Assembly (NCBI GenBank): GCA_002432805.1
Contig: DJGV01000001.1
Span: forward strand, 100,218-164,217
Reading direction: 5' to 3'
Length of the DNA: 64,000 nucleotides
DNA from: Fervidobacterium sp. UBA5837
GTDB taxonomy: Bacteria > Thermotogota > Thermotogae > Thermotogales > Fervidobacteriaceae
Shown: piece by piece, positions 1-8,980 of the stretch
How positions within the stretch are numbered: the stretch's first letter is position 1
Layout: each line of letters opens with the position of its first letter
Translations under genes and position numbers: made by a program
The notes under the pieces: model-generated
Told to the model about the DNA's origin: nothing
What the model saw: the letters and a program-made list of their open reading frames with translations, nothing else
Database searches by the model: none

Positions 1-1
1 T

Positions 2-355
2 AGTACTTTTGCACAATTGGTTGAAGGACAGCTTCAGAACGTTGAAGTTTCCGGAAACAAGAACGATATTGTCAGTGCATCTGTAAATGCGTACAAGAGA
101 GTGACTGAACTTTTTGCACAAGGCAGAGTCTCCGGCGCATATGTCTTTGCAGTTTGGAGAGTAAAGGGTGGAAATATTACAAGCACCTATTCTCTGCTTG
201 TATATGATCCTGGATTAATTGTGAAGATAATCGAACTCGACGCGCAAGTACAACAGGCAGTAGATGAACTTGGAAAACAGGGTGTCAATTTCTTCGAGAA
301 TCTAAACGCCGTCATGCAAGAAGCAACAAAAGGCACACCAATGGAGCAGAAATAG
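2..355 (+). CDS. LPP20/FlgP-like domain protein, C-terminal part (5' end lies outside the window); paralog of 422-1060 and 4393-5049
   Basis: The frame is open from base 2 (STFAQLVEGQLQNVEVSGNK...), so the TTG at 17 is not the true start. It aligns residue-for-residue with aa 100-215 of the 893-aa protein (STFAQLVEGQLQNVQVSGNKSDIVSAS.NAYKRVTELFA.GR.SGAYV). The nucleotide sequences are also visibly similar. Confidence 0.7.
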   Translation, partial: STFAQLVEGQLQNVEVSGNKNDIVSASVNAYKRVTELFAQGRVSGAYVFAVWRVKGGNITSTYSLLVYDPGLIVKIIELDAQVQQAVDELGKQGVNFFENLNAVMQEATKGTPMEQK

Positions 356-371
356 TTATTTCTCTTTGCAT

Positions 372-403
372 CCTCCTGCAAATGCAGGGGGATATTTTCT
401 TTT
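372..403 (+). terminator. Rho-independent terminator or attenuator after the first paralog
   Basis: Stem cctcctgca / tgcaggggg (372-380 / 383-391) followed by atattttctttt. Confidence 0.55.
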
Positions 404-421
404 AGTTGGAGGCGACTAAGT

Positions 422-3103
422 GTGGATAATGTAACCTGGCTTTTGATAGGTGTTTTGTTAGTTGCAGCGATAGGCTTGGGTGCGTTTTTTTTAATGCAAC
501 CACAGGATAAGTGGATAGAGGCAGATGGTGTGAAGGTTTGGAAGATTCCATCGGATGCAGAGATTGTGGAAGTCAACACTGCAAAAGCTGGAGCTGTCAA
601 GAACCTTGCACAGTCTAATAAGTTAATTGCTTTTGTAGGAGAGGCACAGGGAATAGGAACAATTCAAGATCAAGAAGTAGCAAAACTAAGGGCCTATTCA
701 CAGATAGCAGAGCTTTTGAACGCAAATGTCAGCACGTTTGCTCAATTAGTAGAAGGGCAGTTACAAAATGTCCAAGTTTCAGGAAACAAGAGTGATATTG
801 TCAGTGCTTCGACAAATGCTTACAAACGTGTCACAGAACTTTTTGCAGCAGGCAGAATTTCAGGTGCTTATGTGTATGCTACGTGGCAGGCAAAGGAAGG
901 CAATTTGGTGCACACGTACGTTTTGTTGGTTTACGATCCAGAGGATGTGAAGAAATTCATTGAGATGCAGCCAGATATCCAGCAAGCCGTTAATCAACTT
1001 GGGAACCTTGGTGTCGATTTCTTTACCTCACTCAACGGTGTCATAGATCAAGCGATGTTGGGAACTTCGTTAGCACCTGCGGTTCAAACGCCGCAGCAAC
1101 CAGTTCAACCTACTCAACCTACTCAACCTACCCAGCCAATCCAACCAACTCCTTCGTTACCTTCGAACGTTAGTTACATGAAAGGTATTGGAGAGGCATA
1201 TGGTAGTACTGAACTTGAGGCAGAGGAAATTGCAAAGAAAAATGCTCTCACAAATCTTTCAGAACAGCTTTACATTGATGTGCAAACAACTTCAAAGTTG
1301 AACGAACAACTTCTCCAGACAATTTCAAATAACACTGTGAGAGAAACTCTCAACAGAGAGTATCAAAAGACGATAGAAACAAAATCTCAATTTGAGTTTA
1401 TCGATGTTAGATACAATGTTGTTGATAAGAAGAAGGATTCAAGCGGTAAGTATTATGCAAAGGTAGAAGCCTTGGTAGAAGAAGAGAATACGAAGAAAAC
1501 TTTTGAAACATACATATCTTTGAAATTGGCAGGTACACTTTTAGATTCTGGCATGGTATTCACAGCCAAGGGTCTTTTAGATAAGTATGAATCGCTCTTT
1601 TCAAAATACAAGTTTCCACCAAATATATCACAGGAAATTGCATTGATTGTCGGAAAGATAAGGAGTAAGTATGCAGAGATCGATGGAATGGTGAAGAATG
1701 TTAAAGCTAAAGAGATCAAAGATTTCAACGATGTAGTTCAAATCGTAGAATTACTCAATGCGTTGGATGCTGCTGCTTTGGATGTTCCAGATGGTTTAGT
1801 CGATAGAGAAAGGCTTAGACCGTATTTGAAGGATGTGAAAATTGAGCTTTCTGGACCAACAGAAGTACTCATTGGTGAGCAGGTTTCTGTCGAAATAAGG
1901 TCCAGTGCAAATGCTATAACATCCGTGAGGATTATAAACGACAACATCGATGGTCCAAATATTGTTACTTTGAAAGATGGAAAAGCTGTCTTTTCAGGCG
2001 TTGTAAAGGCAATCGATTCAAAGATTACCGTTTCGATAGGTGGATTAGTCAATACAGTTTGGGCACCGGGAAAAGTACTCGTTAATCCAGATGTTGTGAG
2101 AGTGATTTCAAGAGATGGTGATAAGCTGAGAATACTCGCAGGTGGAAGTGCAAAACCTGGTTTAGATACGAAAGTTACAAGAGACAATGCAATCAAAGAT
2201 GCTTTGACAAAAATCGTCAGAAAATCTGCTGCAGAAGTTTTATTGGGACAAGACAAGGATTTGCTTGACGTTCCAATAGACGAATACATAGTGAACAAAG
2301 TCAGCGCAGGTATCGATTATGAAATTACTGCGACTGGGGAATATCAAGGTATATACTTTGCGGTCGTCAGTGCAACAGTTATGAAAGAAAGATTCCAAAA
2401 CGATATACGAGATGCACTCAAAAGTGCACCAAGTGGATTTGCGATGCTGATAGTTGATGGCGATAGTTCAGGTTACATTGAACCCACTATGATTTCGAGT
2501 ATGGTTGATGCAGGGATAAAGCTTGTTTCAAAAGATTTTTCCAAGAAAATACTCGAAGAACAACAGAGATTGGGTTACAATTTGACAACATTGGGAAAAC
2601 TTGCCGCTCTATCCAGTGCAAGATATTTGCTGTATACAAAGGTAACTTCAACTTCAACGTACGTCTCTGACTACAGTGTCTACTCAGTCAGGATGGCGGT
2701 TAGTACACAGATAATCGATTCCATAACGGGTAACATATTAACTGCACCGCAATTTGAAGAAGTTAACACGGGTGCTACCGCACAAGCAGCAGTCTCAAAG
2801 ATTGTCAATGGGCAGAATTTCAAGAACTACGTCCAGCAGGTCATAAACTCGCTGAACTTTGAAAATGTGCAAACGAAGAAGGTCTTTAGATATACTTTTG
2901 TGCTCGAAAGAGCAGTGTATGGTTCGATGCTAATGGATTATTTGAATGCAAAGTATGAGGGGATTAAAGTTATAGAAAAGGCAGATACAAAACTCGTTAT
3001 AGAGGCTAGCGTGGATATGAACACACTTGAAGCGTTCTTCAAGACGATAGATGCACTCAAGATAAAGAAGATATCTGATTACAATTATCAAGTGACGAAG
3101 TGA
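422..3103 (+). CDS. Large membrane-anchored multidomain envelope protein (N-terminal TM helix, LPP20-like modules, PQ-rich linker, Ig-like middle region, CsgG/FlgO-like C-terminal region)
   Basis: GTG start 9 nt after TGGAGG. TM helix WLLIGVLLVAAIGLGAFFL. LPP20-like signatures at GIGEAYGSTELEAEEIAKKNALTNLSEQLYIDVQ and TKVTRDNAIKDALTKIVRKSAAEVLLG. CsgG/LpoB-like pattern at FAMLIVDGDSSGYIEPTMISSMVDAGIKLVSKDFSKKILEEQ...ARYLLYTKV...VRMAVSTQIIDSITGNIL. Confidence 0.75.
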   Translation: MDNVTWLLIGVLLVAAIGLGAFFLMQPQDKWIEADGVKVWKIPSDAEIVEVNTAKAGAVKNLAQSNKLIAFVGEAQGIGTIQDQEVAKLRAYSQIAELLNANVSTFAQLVEGQLQNVQVSGNKSDIVSASTNAYKRVTELFAAGRISGAYVYATWQAKEGNLVHTYVLLVYDPEDVKKFIEMQPDIQQAVNQLGNLGVDFFTSLNGVIDQAMLGTSLAPAVQTPQQPVQPTQPTQPTQPIQPTPSLPSNVSYMKGIGEAYGSTELEAEEIAKKNALTNLSEQLYIDVQTTSKLNEQLLQTISNNTVRETLNREYQKTIETKSQFEFIDVRYNVVDKKKDSSGKYYAKVEALVEEENTKKTFETYISLKLAGTLLDSGMVFTAKGLLDKYESLFSKYKFPPNISQEIALIVGKIRSKYAEIDGMVKNVKAKEIKDFNDVVQIVELLNALDAAALDVPDGLVDRERLRPYLKDVKIELSGPTEVLIGEQVSVEIRSSANAITSVRIINDNIDGPNIVTLKDGKAVFSGVVKAIDSKITVSIGGLVNTVWAPGKVLVNPDVVRVISRDGDKLRILAGGSAKPGLDTKVTRDNAIKDALTKIVRKSAAEVLLGQDKDLLDVPIDEYIVNKVSAGIDYEITATGEYQGIYFAVVSATVMKERFQNDIRDALKSAPSGFAMLIVDGDSSGYIEPTMISSMVDAGIKLVSKDFSKKILEEQQRLGYNLTTLGKLAALSSARYLLYTKVTSTSTYVSDYSVYSVRMAVSTQIIDSITGNILTAPQFEEVNTGATAQAAVSKIVNGQNFKNYVQQVINSLNFENVQTKKVFRYTFVLERAVYGSMLMDYLNAKYEGIKVIEKADTKLVIEASVDMNTLEAFFKTIDALKIKKISDYNYQVTK
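1094..1153 (+). repeat. Tandem 9-nt repeat (caacctact-like, about 6 units) encoding the (QPT/QPV/QPI)n linker
   Basis: cagcaacca gttcaacct actcaacct actcaacct acccagcca atccaacca act, translating to QQPVQPTQPTQPTQPIQPT. Confidence 0.85.
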
Positions 3104-3151
3104 TAACATAGAAATGATAACATAATTGTTTGGATTGGAAGAGGTGATTTC

Positions 3152-4330
3152 ATGAGGTATTCAAAGGCAACAGTTGTAGCGTTACTTTTTATAATAACGT
3201 GTTCCATTTTTGCGGCAGGTGGGATAGCCGTGACTGATAAAATCAGCTTGGTGATTCTCCCTGCAAAAATCGGCAATGGATGGAACATGGATGAGGTAGA
3301 TTATCTGCTCTCTATTATGGAAGAACAAGCTTTAGAACTTGGAAGGTTTCAATTGTTTCCACGTGCTGACCTTCAGCAGATCATGAAAGAGCGGAACATG
3401 TCAGAATTTGGGGTTTCGGATGCGATTGAAATAGGAAAGCTTGGTGGTTCTAAGTACGCATTATTACTTACTTTGACTGAACTTTCCTCCGCATGGAGCG
3501 ATAAATCGAAATCGTATGAAGCAACATCGAGATACACGATCAAACTTTACAATATCGAAAACGGTGAACTGCTGGCTTCCAAGGCAATGGAATCGAGTGG
3601 CAGGTCAAAAGATACAGGTCAAAAAGCAATCACAGATGCACTGAAGTCTACTGTGTCGTCTATATGGCTTGAATTAAGAGAAATATTCAAGTTGGAAGCA
3701 TACGTAAAGTCAGTTAGTGGTAATAATGTTGTCCTTGCTGGAATAGATCCAAAACTCGCACAAAGAGGGTTCATATTTGAGATTGAGACATCGAGCGGCG
3801 GTATCGGATACGTAAAGGTCACAGGATACAACAAGGCAGATGGCACGGTTGTGACTAAATTCATGTACGGCGAGAAACCTATGCAGTATGACATCGCAAC
3901 GGAATATCCAACTCCTGGAATACATGCTGGTCTAGGCATTTCAACATTCTCAGGTATGTTTGGATTGGGAGTAAGCGCATGGACTGATGGTAGTGATAGT
4001 ACAATACCCCTTCCAATTTACGTCGGCGTTGGGACATTTCTTGGATCGATATTGAGTTACACTCCAGCGTATGTAGAGCTGGGAGCTGGATTCAAATTAT
4101 TAGAGATGGGAAGAATTGGAGTACTAGTCAATGGTGGGATAAGCATAATAGGACTCTTTGACTTAGACACATCTGATGTCATTGGTATGTTGTATGGTGC
4201 ATTTGCAGGCGGCATGCTGACTTACGAGTTCAACCCATCGTTGGGGATCTACGGATCTGCAGGTTATTCGATGTACTTAAGCGACGATGGATTATCCGGA
4301 CTCAGCGTACAACTTGGCATCTACTTCTAA
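3152..4330 (+). CDS. CsgG/LpoB/FlgO-like periplasmic domain fused to a C-terminal glycine-rich predicted outer-membrane beta-barrel
   Basis: Signal peptide with a possible lipobox (LLFIITC). CsgG-family pattern at SLVILPAKIGNGW..VDYLLSIMEEQALELGRFQLFPRADLQQIMKERNMSEFG...GKLGGSKYALLLTLTE...YTIKLYNIENGELLAS. The last ~135 aa are alternating Gly/hydrophobic segments ending GLSVQLGIYF, an OMP beta-signal with a terminal Phe. Confidence 0.7.
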   Translation: MRYSKATVVALLFIITCSIFAAGGIAVTDKISLVILPAKIGNGWNMDEVDYLLSIMEEQALELGRFQLFPRADLQQIMKERNMSEFGVSDAIEIGKLGGSKYALLLTLTELSSAWSDKSKSYEATSRYTIKLYNIENGELLASKAMESSGRSKDTGQKAITDALKSTVSSIWLELREIFKLEAYVKSVSGNNVVLAGIDPKLAQRGFIFEIETSSGGIGYVKVTGYNKADGTVVTKFMYGEKPMQYDIATEYPTPGIHAGLGISTFSGMFGLGVSAWTDGSDSTIPLPIYVGVGTFLGSILSYTPAYVELGAGFKLLEMGRIGVLVNGGISIIGLFDLDTSDVIGMLYGAFAGGMLTYEFNPSLGIYGSAGYSMYLSDDGLSGLSVQLGIYF

Positions 4331-4345
4331 GAAATCGTATACATC

Positions 4346-4372
4346 CTAAACAATCTAAACAATCTAAACAAT
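4346..4372 (+). repeat. Perfect tandem repeat (ctaaacaat) x3 immediately upstream of the RBS of the next gene
   Basis: Three identical 9-mers at 4346-4354, 4355-4363 and 4364-4372. GGGAGGTGG follows at 4380. Confidence 0.9.
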
Positions 4373-4392
4373 GAGAATTGGGAGGTGGTCTC

Positions 4393-5049
4393 TTGGATAC
4401 AACCACAATATTACTTGTAAGTGTAGTAATAATAGCCGTTGGCGTTGGAATATTCTTTTTCGCGCTTCCAAGAGAAGATGTTCAGTGGATCATGGCAGAT
4501 GGTATCAAGATTCAAAGCATCTCAAAGGATGCCAGGATTGTTTATGTCAACAATACAATGGAAAAGCGTGTTCGTGAGTTATACCAAAGTGGGACACTAC
4601 TTGCATTCAGGGGAGAAAGTATCGGTGGAGGTATAGATACAGTCAAAGCAAGGGGTAAAGCAAAGACAAATGCGTACAAGGAATTGTCCGAATATTTCAA
4701 TGCGAGGATCTCTACCTTTTCTCAATTGGTTGATGGTCAAATACAATCAATCGCTAGTTCTGGAAAGGCAAGCGCGGAGAGTTTGAAAAGCACAGCCATG
4801 CAGGCATATGAATCGGTAACTGAAATGTTTTCAAGTACAGAAGTATCAGGTACCTACATATATGCCATATGGGAAGAATATGTGGGAAACCTTGTGTATA
4901 CGAACGTGTTACTCATATTTGACCCTGTAGGTGCCATCGAGGCTGTCAAGAGTAATGAACAGATAGCAAAGCAGATAGACGAACTTGGTCAAAACGGTGT
5001 TGATTTCTTCAAAGCATTGAATGGAGTCATAGAGGAAGCAAAGAAATAG
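4393..5049 (+). CDS. Membrane-anchored LPP20/FlgP-like domain protein (third paralog)
   Basis: TTG at 4393 follows GGAGGTGG. Its N-terminus (LDTTTILLVSVVIIAVGVGIFFF...WIMADGIKI) parallels the 893-aa protein (VDNVTWLLIGVLLVAAIGLGAFF...WIEADGVKV). The rest aligns with the paralog module (STFSQLVDGQIQS...YESVTEMF...VSGTYIYAIW...LLIFDP...ELGQNGVDFFKALNGVI). The ORF-track start at 4378 is also possible. Confidence 0.75.
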   Translation: MDTTTILLVSVVIIAVGVGIFFFALPREDVQWIMADGIKIQSISKDARIVYVNNTMEKRVRELYQSGTLLAFRGESIGGGIDTVKARGKAKTNAYKELSEYFNARISTFSQLVDGQIQSIASSGKASAESLKSTAMQAYESVTEMFSSTEVSGTYIYAIWEEYVGNLVYTNVLLIFDPVGAIEAVKSNEQIAKQIDELGQNGVDFFKALNGVIEEAKK

Positions 5050-5108
5050 AGAATGTGTGAGAATTAAGAATGGGTCGGTCTCTTTCTGATATTTCAGATT
5101 GACAAACT

Positions 5109-5134
5109 AAAAGGCGTGCTAAGCACGCCTTTTG
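5109..5134. terminator. Bidirectional rho-independent terminator between convergent genes
   Basis: aaaaggcgtgc taa gcacgcctttt: a perfect 11-bp stem flanked by an A-run and a T-run. Confidence 0.8.
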
Positions 5135-5211
5135 AGTTTATGTCTGGGTATATAATTACTAGTTGAATGGCACTATTTCAATTACATTATTCACCACAAA
5201 TTCGCTTGCAC

Positions 5212-6171
5212 TCACTGCACTGTGACGGATTTAAGCAGTGGCTGAATTGGTCCAAAATCTGCAAATGGCCATATTCTCAATATTGGTCTGCCTATGATTC
5301 CACTCTTCGGTACGAATCCAAAGTACCTGCTATCCAGACTTTCCACGGAATTGTCTCCCATGAAAAAACAAAATCCTTTTGGGATTTTTATGTATACTTG
5401 GCCATTTTCAGTCCAGACGTAATCAGAAATGTTTATATTTTGCGGTTTGAGGTATTTCTCTACAACAACTGAATAGTCGATACCATAAGGGACTGGATCT
5501 AGTCCGCCAAGTATACTGAATACCGTATTTGCAAGTTCATTTCCTTCTGTCTGAGCCAACGTAAAGAGGTAAGCACGATATTTCTCTTTATCGTTTTTCA
5601 AAGTAGATGCTTCGATTAGATATTCCCAGAGTTTTGGATATTTGAATATTCCACCAAATTCGTAATTTATGGATGCCAAGTGCTCAGGGATGACACCATT
5701 TACAAAAAGCTTGTAGTTGCTATCAACCTGTTTTAAAGTTAGTACATCGCCTTCCTTACCGACCAATCTTTTGACGTACTTCACTGAACCTTTGAATTGA
5801 CTCGGTGTGAACATATCCATGAATTTGTCAAATGCTCTCAGCATCTGTTGTGCCCTCTCATCTGGAAAAGGTGTGTAAAAGACGACGATCTCACCTATCT
5901 GAGGTTCACGAGCAGAATAGGTGATTTTTTCGACAAAGAGACGATCCCCTACGTTGATCGTGGGGACCATAGACGGTGTGGGAACGAGCATCGTTTCAAA
6001 AACAAATAGTCTTATAATCGTTGCGGCAACAAACGCATAGATAAGAGTTATTATCGTTTCCCTTAGCAAGCTCTTCCCTTTGCTTGTTTTTGTTGCCTTT
6101 GTCGATTTTTGAACGTTACTTTGCTTTTTGTTGCTTTGAAGCTGCTTGTTTGGCTGGTTTTTGGAAGCCAT
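5212..6171 (-). CDS. lepB: Signal peptidase I
   Basis: Catalytic Ser box PTPSMVPTI, Lys box VKRLVG, box [24 protein letters not shown] sits 7 nt before the ATG at 6171. It is unusually long (319 aa) and has a K/Q/S/T-rich N-terminal tail. Confidence 0.9.
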   Translation of the reverse strand: MASKNQPNKQLQSNKKQSNVQKSTKATKTSKGKSLLRETIITLIYAFVAATIIRLFVFETMLVPTPSMVPTINVGDRLFVEKITYSAREPQIGEIVVFYTPFPDERAQQMLRAFDKFMDMFTPSQFKGSVKYVKRLVGKEGDVLTLKQVDSNYKLFVNGVIPEHLASINYEFGGIFKYPKLWEYLIEASTLKNDKEKYRAYLFTLAQTEGNELANTVFSILGGLDPVPYGIDYSVVVEKYLKPQNINISDYVWTENGQVYIKIPKGFCFFMGDNSVESLDSRYFGFVPKSGIIGRPILRIWPFADFGPIQPLLKSVTVQ

Positions 6172-6517
6172 TATTTCTCTCCTTGATCTTTACCTTACCC
6201 TTTACGTCTCTTAGATAGTAGAGTTTTGCCCTTCTCACTCTTCCACGTTTTACGACCTCTATCTTATCTATCGTTGGCACATAAAGTGGGAATATCCTTT
6301 CTACACCTATTCCTCCCGATGCAACTCTTCTTACTGTAAATGTTTTACCAACACCAGATCCTCTGATGGAAATAACAATACCTTCGTAGACTTGTATTCT
6401 CTCTTTGTCTCCTTCTTTAACCTTAACGTGAACTCTGACGGTGTCACCGGGTCTGAAATCTGGTACTTCTTTGATTTGCGTTTTTTCCACAATTCTGACA
6501 ATGTTGTCCATACTCAT
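6116..6517 (-). CDS. rplS: 50S ribosomal protein L19
   Basis: [35 protein letters not shown]...[26 protein letters not shown]. The Lys-rich C-terminal tail overlaps the lepB start. Confidence 0.93.
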   Translation of the reverse strand: MSMDNIVRIVEKTQIKEVPDFRPGDTVRVHVKVKEGDKERIQVYEGIVISIRGSGVGKTFTVRRVASGGIGVERIFPLYVPTIDKIEVVKRGRVRRAKLYYLRDVKGKVKIKERNNGFQKPAKQAASKQQKAK

Positions 6518-6600
6518 ATGTATACCTCCCTTTCATTGTTTTGACATATTTCAAAGTTTTATGTGTTTATGATGTTAAAGTGTATCAAAGTTAGAATGTA

Positions 6601-7897
<1,297 letters not shown>

Positions 7898-7904
7898 TAA
7901 AGCG

Positions 7905-8438
7905 TCACTCCAACCACTCCGGGACCCTTACAGTAATTCTTTTCTTTCCCTTCTCAATATTTAACACATACCTTTCGATAATTGGAATAAGCATCTCTGA
8001 TTTTTCATTCTTCACAACAATCACATCGTTATTTCCGGTTTCTATGATATCTCTTACAGTGCCAAGAAAATTATCAGATTCATCAAATACATCTGAATCT
8101 ATGATTTCAAAGAAATAATACTCACCGTCTTTGGACTTTGGAAACACGTCTTTAGCAACGTATACGACAAAGCCCTTCAGCTTTTCAGCTTCCGATATAG
8201 TGTTTATCCCAACTATGTGGATTATGAAATGGTCTCTGGCCTTTCTAATCCTCTCGAATTTTACAGTGATGAATTTCTTCTGTTCTTCGTTGTAAGCTAC
8301 TGCTTCAGTCAAAGTGCTTAGAAAATCGGATGAATTTGAAAAAGGATAGAGTTTCAAATCACCACTTAATCCATGTGTGTTACTCAAGATTCCAACCGGT
8401 ACTCTGTCCTGAAGTAAATCCTCAAGATTTTTCATCAT
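7905..8438 (-). CDS. rimM: 16S rRNA processing protein RimM
   Basis: Size and position between the KH protein and trmD. Motifs GILSNTHGLSGDLKL and PRC-barrel-like C-terminus. Confidence 0.88.
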   Translation of the reverse strand: MMKNLEDLLQDRVPVGILSNTHGLSGDLKLYPFSNSSDFLSTLTEAVAYNEEQKKFITVKFERIRKARDHFIIHIVGINTISEAEKLKGFVVYVAKDVFPKSKDGEYYFFEIIDSDVFDESDNFLGTVRDIIETGNNDVIVVKNEKSEMLIPIIERYVLNIEKGKKRITVRVPEWLE

Positions 8439-8659
8439 CTTATCACCTTCAGGATGAAATCGGAATCATTAGAAATGCTTGATAGAAGAATTTTTATCGA
8501 TTTTATCGTTCTTCCATCTTTACCGATAATCTGACCTACATCTTCTGGATGGACAGATATGTCAAAAACCTTCTTTCCGCCCTCTTCATATTCAACGACT
8601 ACAACGTCATCGGGATGTTTTGCTATAGACTTGAGGACGTACTCAAGGAACTCTTTCAC
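8435..8659 (-). CDS. KH-domain RNA-binding protein (YlqC family)
   Basis: 74 aa with the GKDGRTIKSIK KH motif. Lies between rpsP and rimM. Confidence 0.88.
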   Translation of the reverse strand: MKEFLEYVLKSIAKHPDDVVVVEYEEGGKKVFDISVHPEDVGQIIGKDGRTIKSIKILLSSISNDSDFILKVIR

Positions 8660-8661
8660 GT

Positions 8662-8937
8662 TTATGCCTCCTTCTTACCCTTTAGTGCCTCGATCTTTTC
8701 GCTCAAGCCAGATTTTTCAAGTAATCTTAAAACTGTCTCGCTTGGTTGTGCACCCTTCAATATCCATTCTGCCGCCTTGTCTACATCGACTTTGACTTCG
8801 TATGGTTGCCTTAACGGGTTGTAATAACCCAAACTCTCGATGTAGGCGCCGTCTCTCTTTTTCCTTTGGTCCACTACAACGATTCTGTAAAAAGGTTGTT
8901 TCTTCTTTCCCATGCGTGTAAGTCTAATCCTAACCAC
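8662..8937 (-). CDS. rpsP: 30S ribosomal protein S16
   Basis: [22 protein letters not shown]. The GTG at 8937 lies 5-6 nt after GGAGGTG. The ORF-track start at 8946 lies inside the SD sequence. Confidence 0.93.
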   Translation of the reverse strand: MVRIRLTRMGKKKQPFYRIVVVDQRKKRDGAYIESLGYYNPLRQPYEVKVDVDKAAEWILKGAQPSETVLRLLEKSGLSEKIEALKGKKEA

Positions 8938-8980
8938 TAAAAACACCTCCTAGTTTTTTGATCATCTAACCGATTTTGAA

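Noticed and set aside
187-600. 137-aa minus-strand ORF spanning the end of the first paralog and the start of the 893-aa gene
   Set aside because: It crosses a terminator and an intergenic region, is antisense to two paralogous coding regions, and has no RBS or recognisable motif.
5309-5319. GGTACGAATCC, which resembles a tRNA T-loop
   Set aside because: It lies inside the lepB coding region, and the flanks cannot form acceptor, D or anticodon arms. I found no tRNA-like cloverleaf anywhere in the intergenic regions.
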